The notes below the pieces were generated by a model. The model saw nothing but the letters and a program-made list of their open reading frames with translations, ran no database searches and was not told the DNA's origin. The position numbers and the translations under genes were made by a program. A stretch of 63,334 nucleotides of DNA, counting the filler, from Reclinomonas americana ATCC 50394 (Eukaryota): the NCBI GenBank assembly GCA_048213135.1. It is 4 parts of 4 records of this genome, joined end to end, with 100 filler letters (N's around TTAATTAATTAA, not from the genome) between each part and the next. Parts side by side here need not be neighbours in the genome. Positions count along the whole stretch, not along the records: positions 1 to 20,001 come from PS015224.1; 3 more parts are not named here. The stretch is one strand, 5' to 3'. Positions 1 through 11,197 of this stretch are shown here, in pieces. Positions within the stretch are counted from its first letter, which is position 1. Every line of letters begins with the position of its first letter.

Positions 1-3000
1 GAATGACATCGAGAGCGGCCAGGGCCAACGTGCCGCCGGCCGCTGATTCCACCGTGGTCAGACACTGCCCGAGAAGATCGATGCACTGTGCGAGCGACGA
101 GTCAGATGCAGCAGCTGCTGCCTTCAAGAACGACAACGCAAACCTGCTTGGTCTGCAGGAGTGCCGACTGTCGCAGCGCCAACTGGCCGACCGAGCGCAG
201 GGCCGTGTCTCGCACCTCCGTCGGGATGGATGCAGTCATTGCGTATTGGATGCACATCATGACGACGCGGCGCCACAATGGTGCACATCCCTTGGAGGGA
301 TCCGGCATTAGCTTCTTCAGTGTCGGCATGGGGGTGATGCGCTCATAGTCTGAGGCGTCGGGGAGAGAGAATAACGTGTCAACAAGCACACAATGAAAAA
401 AATGCAGCACCCATCATGCGCGCAACTCTCTTTGGTACGGACCGCCGCCAAGTCCACATACCGCGCCAGTGAGGCACACATCCACAGGCTGTTCTTCACG
501 GTGGCCAAGCGGACGGGATCGGTGTAGCGCGTCTCATCCGCAATGTACGTGTCGGCAAATCGCACCGCCTTATTGAATGTCGTAAAGATTAGTTCGTAGG
601 CCTGTTGGATTGCCGCCGGCACATGCGCNNNNNNNNNNNNNNNNNNNNNNNNNNNNNNNNNNNNNNNNNNNNNNNNNNNNNNNNNNNNNNNNNNNNNNNN
701 NNNNNNNNNNNNNNNNNNNNNNNNNNNNNNNNNNNNNNNNNNNNNNNNNNNNNNNNNNNNNNNNNNNNNNNNNNNNNNNNNNNNNNNNNNNNNNNNNNNN
801 NNNNNNNNNNNNNNNNNNNNNNNNNNNNNNNNNTATTTTTCCGACCCCAGTTCTTCCGTGTGCAGCTCATTCGACTGGGTGATCTGTGGTTCTCCGTACC
901 AAGCCCACCTCGTTCGACTGGCGTGCTGACAGTCGGCGACATCCAGCAAGTGATGCGGAAGCGGTGTCGGCAGATGGTTGACACACTGCACGTGTGGAAC
1001 GTGCGGTACATGTCGACACAACATCGCTCCGTCCACGAACTGCAACAGTCGTGGGTGCCGCAACTGATCGAGTGCTACAAGGCCTCCCGCAGAGTCGGTG
1101 AGCTGCCGGCATTCATGGACACGTTGCGGGCGATGGTGAGCGTGCTGGTGGAGATGGTGGATTCGTCGCCCGTGGTGGTGGTCGCCGGCGACCGTCCCGC
1201 CGACAGCGCCAACGACATGTCGGCTGTGGGCATTCTGCGACGGCGAACTGTGCGTATCGCTTCCTCGGCTTGTCGGACCATGATTTGGACTCACTTTCTC
1301 TGCGCGTCAGCCACTGGCCGCTCTGTGTACCACGGTGCAACTGNNNNNNNNNNNNNNNNNNNNNNNNNNNNNTATAAAAGGCAAGGAACGCAGGTGGATT
1401 GTAGCGCAACTGCTGCGCGGTCAACGTCCTCAGTGTTGGCGCCGGCTAGCTGGATACACACCTCGACGTTGCGATCGAGGAAGGGATCTGGAGCGTAGAA
1501 CTGAATCAACAGCTCCACTGTCTTCTTGCGCACAGTGACACTCTGATCTTGCAACATGCCGACCACCATGTTGAAGAGAGCGTCGTGGTCCTCTGCCGCC
1601 GTGGCCCCAATGACTTGCTCGAGTAGCAAGATGGCCTCGGCGCGCACGCTGGCCGAATTCGACGACATCGAGTCTTGAATGGTTTTCACGATGCGTCGCT
1701 GTCGCAAACCACAACAGTGAGTCCACCATATGGACGCGCGCAGAGCGTGTGCAAGGCACGAAACATCGGTGCGCAAGAGAGAATGGTCGGTGAAAATGAG
1801 CGTCTTCAGCGCCTTGGCTCCGCTCGCTTGCAACAACGCAGGGCCCGCGTTGTGCAACACATTGAGCGCCACGCCAACACTGTCGTGGACCAACTTGTTC
1901 ACTGCGGCGAACGAAAGTCGCAGGAGTCGCGCAATCTCGTGTGCTCGGAAACGCGACACGTGCATCCTGCGCATCCAACCCGGCTCTGTTCAGTACAGCC
2001 TACACACGGTACCCACCATACCATGAAATGCACACTCACTCACCGCTGACGCCCACCAGCGGGCCTCTCTCGGAAGCACGCCACGGCCACCATATCAGCA
2101 GAGCTGAGCGGCGGTACGCTCGCGGGTTCCACCTTTCGACGCTTCCTCTCCGGCTTCTGCTGCACATTAGCATGTCAGGCAAAGCACCGACTCGAGAAAA
2201 CGAGCAAAGAGAGATGGGGAGCCACGAACCGAGCGAACAGCCTCGTCGGTAGCGGTCGCTGTGCGACTTGCGAGAGACGATCGACTCCACCAGTCGGCAA
2301 TAGCACACTGACGCGCACACAACAGCGAGGTCTCAAAGGCTGCGTGCGCACACGCAGCATCAGCATGTGTGGACAACACAGGCGTAATGACGCAAATGCA
2401 TGCAGACACCACACACCGCCTCTTGCATTGCTCGACAGAAACTCGCAGAACAGTAGAATGGCGGCCGCACGCAGTTCGTCAGAGGTAGCAACGGCGTCGG
2501 CACTGCCCGAGGTTTCATTCTGCACGTCCACCGACATGGCCACTGCTGTGCTGGCGCTGCTGCTCGTGGTGGAAGCAGAAGCGGTACTGCCGCACAGTGT
2601 GCGCACAAGTGCCACTTTCTGCACCAGTCTGTGCAGGTCGGGGCGTCACGCGCGTGAGGTGACAAAGTCGCGACCAGCATACAGTGCACACATGTCGCAA
2701 CTGGCAGTCATCGCAGAGCCAATTCGGCACGTCGCACATCTCTGGCAGATCCACACACCGATTGTGGAACCATCGCGAGCAGCGGCTGCATGCAGTAAGA
2801 TTTCCACTTCGGCCCGGCTCGTGCTGTGCGCCACACACGCCAACGTCAGTTTCTTTGCGTGCGTGTGCATATGATAACGAAATGAAAACGCACCTTCTTG
2901 CAGACACACTCCACAGGCGCCTCGTTGAGACTTGCGTAGGCGATGGGCTGGAGCAGGGTGTGAGCCAATGCAGCTGCAACGCTCTCAAGATCGCGAAACG

Positions 3001-6000
3001 ACAATACCTGCCACACGTGCGCAGGCGGTCGAATGAACGCGTCCAGGCGACTGGTGGAGAAGCCACGAACACGGGCACCGATGCGCGCCAGCATCTCGAC
3101 TGCGGCCGCCTTGCCGTCCTTGAGTTTCGCGTCCGCAATCATCACAACCGCGTGCAACTCATCGAACAGGAACCGAAGCAACAGCAGCGACGACGCAGGA
3201 TACTCGGGAATATCCACGAGTTGACACAAGTCGGTGAGAAGAAAGTCAATCACATCACGCAAGACGGTCTCGCGCGTCGATTTGCGGACATTGGCAGCCG
3301 ACCTCTCGTCATCCAGCCACCTGCCGCAGCAACCGCACGAACGGCATCAGCAACATGCAGTGTGACGTAGAGCACGCGCGTGTCTTCTTCATCATGAAAA
3401 GAACCTGGCAATCACATTGGTGGCAAAGAACTTGCAGCACTGCAACAGAGCCTGATTGGACTCCTCGAGGGCGCGCAGCACCGTGGCTGGTTCGGACCAC
3501 GCATCACCAACATCCTCGCCCTCCATAATAATGTCGGCCGACAGAGCCGATGCCTGCGGCGGCAGCTGACACGAAGCCTGCAACAGCTCCAACAGCAACA
3601 CAGTGAACACCGCCGGTCGGTGCTCGCAGCCCGCCACACTGTGAAACGCACGCAGCCTCGTCAAGATTCGCCACACATTGATTAGTCGTGACACCAACGC
3701 AACAAGACAACGGCACGACGACGTGGCATGGAGCCCAGGTGCACAATCAGGTCCATCAATATGCTGCGACGCATGTCCATTTGCGAGTGCTGCCAGATCT
3801 GTGATGCAGAAGATCAGCAAGCGCTGACGGACACTGTCGCGTATCACTCAGCATACCTGCACCAGCAGAACAATGGCCGCCGACTGCAATTCGCCCACAT
3901 CGTCGTAGGCTCTGGAGGAATTGGCGCGCACCAGGGATCCGTGCACGTAAACACGCGCACACACATCCTCCAGTGGCACGTGCAATGCGTGATTGAGTTG
4001 CATGAAAGGCGCCAGCAATCGCAGCACAACGCAGAGCATGGCAGTCACTTTGCTGGCGTCCTCACTCAGTGTCGCTGCTCAGGGAGTGAGTGGAGGGATA
4101 CTGGAAATATAAGGATGACACCAACCCGAGTGCGCGCACCTCTTGGCGCCTTGTCGTCGTACACACGAGAAAAGTACGGAAACAGCACCGTGTCGAGCAC
4201 AAAACGCACCAGATCGCTTACACGCACCACGCCATCCGTGAGCTGCACAACAGCACATCAGCTCAAACGCACGCACATGATCATTTCGCCACTGCACCCA
4301 CCGTAGAGTCGCGTAGATCCTGCGGCGTTTCTGGAGACGCCACAACGCGCAACAGTACACACGAGGCACGCATGCTCTTGATCAAGAGCGACAGCAGCGC
4401 AGGATCAGCGGGAGCTCCCGGATCGGCGAAGAAGTCAGCAAACTGCTTGCCGCGGTCGAAGAACGAGCTGATAATGGTCTCCAGCTTGGTGCACACGGTC
4501 GGCAGGAGACCCGTGTCGGCCGTGGTGCCTGGCAGGATCAAAGGATTAGCACACAGCGGGCGCCAAGAGCGTACCATACATGTACGCGCTCACCGTCACC
4601 GGCAGCCGCAGCACGAGAAAACGTCGTCTCAAAGTTCTTCAGCATCGCGTCTGTGACGTCCTCCACTGCCTCCTCCGCCAGTGTCGTCGCACACTCGCGA
4701 AAATGATCTGCCCAGCCCGAGTCAGTTGCACAAAATCAGCAACCGGGGACACGCGCGTTCTCCACACGCACCGAACATGTCGGCCGCGGCCTCGAGTTCA
4801 TCGGACGATTCGGAGGAGAGCGGCGCTCTTGCCGTCGGCATCAACTGTCGCGACAGTCACGATCAGGCGCGCGGAACAGCAGCGCACGCATGTCTCTCTC
4901 TCTCACACACTTATTCACGAACCGAGCGGCGCGAGACATTGAGCGAGGGCTTCCGCTTGACCGGTTGCCTCGCCTGTGCCGTCTGCTGCAGGGCAGAGGC
5001 AGCGGCACTGACCGCAGCCGACAGATCGCGGCGAACGATTTCGTGTGCCACACGCGGCGTCTTCTCCACGGACATGGCATTCTGTTGCTGTTGCTGCTGT
5101 TGCTGCTGTTGGAGTTGCGGTGGCTGTGGTTGCCGCGAAGCTGATGGCGGTGGTGAGACAAACGAGGGTGCTGGCGTGGAGGGCGAGCACAGCAGGGAGA
5201 CAGCGGGGCTGACGGCGGACACGGTCGGACGCGGAGCAGGTGGTGTCGGTGGCCCACCACTGCGACGGTAGGCAACCGCAGCAGCGGTGGTCGCCTTGGC
5301 CTTCTTGGCCGACTGACTCTTGGACGGCAAGGCTGCGACCCAGCCACCGTCGGAATCCACAACACGTGGTGGTGGAGTGGAGGGTACGGCAGGCGCTGGC
5401 GGAGGAGGAGGAGGTGGCGCTGCTGCAGGCGAGGCGGCTTGTATAGGAACATGTGGTGGTGGTGGTGGCGGCGGTGTTGCCGGCATTGCAGGTGGTGGCG
5501 GTGGAGGATGACGCAAGACTGGCGGCGAGTCAGATCACGAACACTCACACATGCACGCACAGAGACAGATAATGCACCTTGCTGCGTGAACACGGCATTG
5601 GTCTTGTCAAGAGCATGCAACAGAGCGCGCGACGATTCACCCTCTGGCACCACCGGCTGCGCCAGTCGCGGATCGACAACATAGGATCGACCTGTCCCCG
5701 CACATCAACACATACACACACACTGCAGTGGCGACGACAGCACACAAACACGCAACTCTGCTGCAACATCTCGGCGGGAAACGCATTCACCTGGGGCACG
5801 CGCGTTGTGTAAGTGCGCACTTTGATGATCGTCGTAACACACTTCAATTCGCCCCGCCCTCACCTCCATCACCGGTAGCATCGCCATTCCATGCGGCGAG
5901 GCCGTCACACCCGCCCCACCAACCACACTTCCACCTGACGGGTACAGAAACGGAGGCGGCACACACGAGACAAGTGGCAAGAGGAGCGGCGTGGCCACAG

Positions 6001-6133
6001 CACCGCCTGCATCAATCACACCTCCATACCACGGCATCTGCGCAGTTACTCCCGCCAGTCGCGCACCTGCCGCCGCTGCTGCCGCTGCTGCAGCAGCTGC
6101 GGCACCTGAAGCACCGCCTTGAGGCGCCGACAT
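1..6133 (-). CDS. SCC2: Cohesin loader Nipped-B/SCC2 (HEAT repeats, internal PHD finger); multi-exon, 3' end runs off the window
   Basis: Spliced exons give DFLLTDLCQLVDIPEYPASSLLL (NIPBL DLL..V..PEWPAAELLL), IQDSMSSNSASVRAEAILLL and VGMLQDQSVTVRKKTVELL (NIPBL D...SVRKR HEAT motif). Low-complexity Ala/Pro/Gln N-terminus; ATG at 6133. Confidence 0.88.
834..1343 (+). CDS. SCC2: Internal SCC2 exon(s) on a gap-flanked contig in inverted orientation
   Basis: Plus-strand LIRLGDLWFSVP... continues minus-strand ...EDVDRAAVALQST and resembles NIPBL 'ETFQKLWF'. Bounded by N-runs on both sides. Confidence 0.6.
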
Positions 6134-6279
6134 TGTGTGGAGGCTCTTTTCGACCAAGAGTCGACATCGCGCGCGCACACACAAGCACAATTTCACAAAT
6201 GTCAGGCCATTAGACGCACGAGCACGCACACACACACAAGCATACACACACACCACTGTCACGTGCAGCTGTTGCTCGT

Positions 6280-6330
6280 CAAAGTCGCGCGCGGTTCAAG
6301 TGGATCGCGCGAGCCACTTCCCGCAAACTC
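6280..6330. promoter_or_regulatory. Candidate E2F-like sites in the SCC2/PLC divergent promoter
   Basis: TTCCCGC at 6318-6324 plus CGCGCG clusters in the ~220 bp between the two ATGs. Short motifs, so weak evidence. Confidence 0.3.
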
Positions 6331-6351
6331 ACGACTGTCCCGGCGAGAGAG

Positions 6352-7954
6352 ATGCGTCTGTGGCCGTGGCTCACACTGGCCCTCTGTGGCGCCACAGGTG
6401 TCAGCGCATCATGGCTGCACTCACACTTGCAGGTGCCTCTCTCTCACACTCCACATCTCTCAAGCTGGAGTTGTCGCACTGATTTGTTCACTCATGTTTG
6501 CTCAGCATCGCTGGGTGTTTCAACACGACACACCGCCACCACCACCACTCCCCTTGCCTGGAGTATCAATGATCCCTGCAGGCCCGCATGATCTGCACAC
6601 AGCACCTCTCAGTCATGTGTACATAAAGTCGTCGCACAACACCAGTGTGCGCACATGGCAGTTCTTTTCCGCGTGCTCTCTCGAGGCCATTCGACACGCA
6701 TTGACCACCTCACAGTGCCGATGCATTGAATGTGCGTGCGTGAATGTGCGCGTGTGTGTGTGATTGACGACTCTCACGTGATGACAGTGGATTTGTTTGA
6801 TGGTCCCGATGGTGAGCCGGTGTTGTCGCACGGGCGCACGACGGAGAGTGTGCGGTTGCGTGAGGCGTTGCATGTGATTCGCGATCATGCGTTCGAGCAC
6901 AGTCCGTGAGTGTGAGAGAGACACACACGCGCGCACAGCTATCCACCGCTCATGATCTTCTTTTTTGCGTAGTTTTGGTGTCATTCTCTCGCTCGACATT
7001 CGGTGCTCGGAGGAGCAGCAGAGGCGACTGGCGGGCATGCTGCGTGAGGTGTTGGGTGGTGAGTTGCTGTCCGTCGTCAGTTGAGGCCAATGATCCATCT
7101 GCTGACAAAGACGGTGCAGACAAGTTGGCGCCGCGCGACGAATGGCAATGGAATCGACAGCTGCCGACGATTGAGCAGATGCAGGGTGCGTGTCTCGAGC
7201 AGCAGAGGTAGACTGTGACTCCTCCAACTGACGTGGTGCATGCAGGTCGGTTCATTTTGGAGATGCCGGGGCCGGGGACGGTGCTGCGCGAGTACGCTTG
7301 GAGCACGCCGCCCGGATGCGTTGACATTGACGGGAATCCGTGGCGAGAGAGTTTTGTGCGAAACGAGTGGCTCGATTTTGTGGATCCTTTCGACGAGCGT
7401 GATCGGCCGCAACTGCGCATGCGGGAGCACCATCGACACAGTGGCATGTACGATCAGTTTCACCATCGCGAACTGGCACCAGAGCTCGTCGCCATGTGCC
7501 ACCTCTACTCGTATGCCAGCGCTGAGGCTGTGCTGTTGCGTCCCGAGGCCGTCAATCGGGTGCTCAATGTGAGCGAATCCGAGGCACTCGAGGAGGCCGG
7601 CAAGCTGCGCGCTTTTGAGCAACAACAACTGGGTGCCTCCAGCTCGTCCACGCCCGTCAGGTACGTGCCCCGTGCCTCACCGCTGCTCATTGGTTTGTTT
7701 CTCACTGTGGGGGAGAGACACGCAGACGGCTGGTGCGCGTGTATCCCGAGTATCATCGAGTGGCCTCCGACAATCCCAATCCGCAGCCACTGTGGGAGCA
7801 GCTCTTTGTGCAAATCGTCGCCATGAATGTGCAGCGACACGACAAGTGGCGCGAGGTACACGACCGCTTCTTCGCGCTCGGTGGTCTCAGAGCTCTCTCC
7901 GTGTCGCCACCGCCGCCACCACCACCGCCACCACCACCACCATCAACAAAATGA
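6352..7954 (+). CDS. Phosphoinositide-specific phospholipase C, X+Y catalytic domains only, with N-terminal signal/anchor
   Basis: X box PLSHVYIKSSHNT...CRCIE|LDLFDGPDGEPVLSHG...IRDHAF...VILSLD; Y box RVYPEYHRVASDNPNPQPLW...QIVAMNVQ. Hydrophobic N-terminus MRLWPWLTLALCGAT|AGVVALICSLMF. GT-AG introns. Confidence 0.85.
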
Positions 7955-7981
7955 ACTCAGTCCGTTTAATTGTTACCCTGC

Positions 7982-10874
7982 CTACAAAACTTGCCACTCG
8001 TCTGGTTCGTCGCCGCATGTCCACTGTTCTGCGTGTGCGTGCTCGTTGAGATCGTCGGCCTCCTCCAGCAACGGCGTCAATCCGGTGATCATCTCCAGCA
8101 CTCGCGGTCTGCGCGTGCATCGGTTGATGAACTCCGCGCCGCCGGTGCGCACGGCGTCGAGAACGTGCGACGAGCAGGCGATGCACTGCGAGTTGGCGGC
8201 GCCAACCATGGGCGTCAGGGAGAAGTCCTCCAGTGAACCGCGCAGCTCGTGCGGTACTTCGCCCATGGGGCTCGAATGTGACACGTCGCCAATCACATGC
8301 GGGCCGTGCGCCTGCGACGTGGCCGGCACCTGAGCACCGGCGCGGTGTCTGCGGGAAAGGGAAAATGAGAATGAGGGCGGAAGTAGTCGGCGTAGACTGG
8401 GAGCGCACCTGAGCGGATGATGCAGCATGTTGACCAGCAACTCTGCCGCCATGGCCGACACCACCATGGCACCTCCCGGGCGACTGACGGTGGCCTTTTG
8501 ATCCAGTGTCAGGTTGGACGACGGCTGCACACTACAAAGTGAACAACTGGAGTGCATCTCGTGCAGATCGTGGGTGGGGGGGGCAGCAACGCACAGGTCG
8601 AGGGGCCGATGGATCGGGGCAAAACCAGCAACCGAGCCGCTGATCGAGCGGCACACTGGGCGAGCCGTGACGCACGACCGTGTAGGAACTGTATCCGAGG
8701 CCCACCGTAATTGCAGCCTGTGCACGCAGTGGATGAGGGGAGGCACTCAAGAGGCACTGCGCACAAAAAAAAAAAAACGCACCTTGTCGTGGAGGGCGGC
8801 CATCACGGCCGGGAACCAGCGGGATTCTCGCGAATCCAACAACAAAAACACCACGTCCACCTCCTGCAAAAGCGCCCCAAATGTCTCCATGTCGCGCTTG
8901 GTGTTGGCCACGGGCACGCGCTCACCCAGGAGCGGGAAGGACATGTGGACGGATCTGACGTGCTGTGCATGCGTAGCAAAGAAATGAGAACCTCGGTGAT
9001 GCCGTGCTGCTCTATCTCTCTCTCTCTCTGCTCTCACTGCGCACCACGCTCGGCAAAATGTGCTCCANNNNNNNNNNNNNNNNNNNNACACCCGGCCCGA
9101 GTCCACAATCGTAAAGTGGCGGAAGCCCCAACCCTGTTCACTCTCGCGTGTGAGTGCACACAGTCCGGGTGTTCATCAAGGAAGTCATCAAGAAAACTCA
9201 CCAACAATGCGCGCGCCACATCGCATCCCAACGTGCCGACACCGACGAGCATGCAGCGTGTGGATGCAATCAGGTCCAAGTCCAGCTTGGGTGCCACACG
9301 CCAGCGCATCAGCGAGAGGTTGAGCACCGAGGCTCGACGGGCCATGCTGTGGGTACGAGTGACGGGTGAGTAGCGAGGCGAGTGAAAAAACAACGACAGT
9401 GTTGAGAAGAATGTCTTCACCTCTCTGGGTCGACCAGCAGACCGAGGTCGGTGGTCTGCGGCAACAACTCCCCATCACTGCTGCGTTCCCAGCCGACGCA
9501 GCGCACCGTCTCCTCACCGTCCTCGCTGCGCACTGGAATGGCCAACTGGAGGGTAAGGAGTCGCGAATGATGCAGTCCGTGCTCCGCATCGTGCCGCAGC
9601 GCCAGCAGCGTGAACGACAGAGTGGCAGGCAGGCTGCGTGCGATCGTGAGATGCGAGCCAAAACCCCCCCCCCCCCCCGACCGTAAAGAAAGCATGCGAC
9701 AAAAACCTGCGGTCGGTGAGCATGGGTTGCACTGCATCGAGGCACCAGTACAGCAAGTTCCGAGCCGGCCACCCGACACTGTCGGATCGAGCACACGGAT
9801 CGAGGACGCACACCAGCAGTGAACGTGGATCCACCACCAGTTCCACACCGTCACTCGTCTCTGTGCGATCGGCACAATCAGTGAGCTCATTGTCGTCGTC
9901 GCCATGCGCAACTGTGAGTGGCCTGAACGAGCATACCTCGCATGGTGCAGTGGTGACGGAAGAGGGCAGTGGACAACACCTCTGGATGTACGGCGCCAGA
10001 TGGGCCGGACTTGATGGCGAACGCGGCCAAGCTGTGCGCGTGCCTGTGGTGACGCAACCAGTTGCACACGGTCTCGACGTGGTGCGCGTTGTGAACATGC
10101 AAGGCGGTGGCCGTCGCCGGGACCTCATCGAGGAGCGAGGCGGAGGTGATGACAGCCGGCAGTGGCGTCACCAGTGCCGCATGCGCCGCCCAGTGCCAGT
10201 TCTTCTGCTTCTTGATGTCCATGTACACGAGCAGAATGAAGCCGTGCAACTGGGGGCCGTGCTCGGTGGCCTCCGCAGTCGCCCACTCGGCTCGCATGCG
10301 GCGCACAATCTCCTGCAGCATCGCCGCCTTGTCCACGTGCTTCATCGCCAGCTTGTTGTTGTAGACCATCACTGAGCCGCGCACCCACACAGCGTAGTCG
10401 CCGCCGAATGGCGTCGGCAGCGAGTCGGAGCGGCAGTCGAGCGCTCCACTCGGCACAAAGAGACGCGCCGGAGTCGATCCGTCGCCCACCTGCATTCCAT
10501 GCGAATAACAGAGCTCTGTTGTCGTTGTTGTCGCGTGTCCGGATTCGCTCTCATCCTCATCCGTGTCGGCTGTCGCGGTGGCGGCCGCTGCCGACGCCAG
10601 CGGAAGCGGAGTGAATGCTCGCTGACTCCACGAGTACAATGCCTGCCTCACGCGCGCACACACACACACACAACAAGCACAGTCAGCACATTGCCTGGAG
10701 TGGAGATTCCCTCACTGTGGACGCAACTCGCAACGGCAATGGTCCTTCGTCGGCGTGCAGCACATCCAACTTGGCCGTGGCGAGTTCCCACCAGAAAGCC
10801 GGGTCGATCACACAGTGCAGCGGCTCAAAACGCAAAAATGATGTCGACGACGATGATGATGATTCACTGGCCAT
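7982..10874 (-). CDS. ATG7: ATG7-like E1 enzyme (catalytic Cys replaced by Ala)
   Basis: N-domain LRFEPLHCVIDPAFWWELATAKLD; NLSLMRWRVAPKLDL; GVGTLGCDVARALL|GWG; FLLLDSRESRWFP; LGCWFC; TLDQKATVSRPG; ELLVNMLHHP; GEVPHELRGSL; CIACS. Small gap at 9068-9088. Confidence 0.9.
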
Positions 10875-11197
10875 GATCCGCGTCGCTGCATACAGGCATG
10901 AGAGAGCGTCAGTCACGCGAGCACACCCACCCACCCACCCACTTATGCACATATGCATATGTAACCGCACCAGCGCGCTTCACAAAGAAAGAGAGAGACG
11001 ACAAAAAGATGCGGTCCGGAGAATCTTCTCCCGGACGTCGACCGCACATCACGTGAGGGCGGGTGTACATCGAACCTTGCATTCATTCAGTGCAGACAAC
11101 AGAGTATAAAGAAAACAAGAGGTAAAAGAAGCGAATGCAAGCAGCATCTAAACAAAAAAATTCAAGAAAGGCACGATCGCGCACGACGTCGCTGCGA

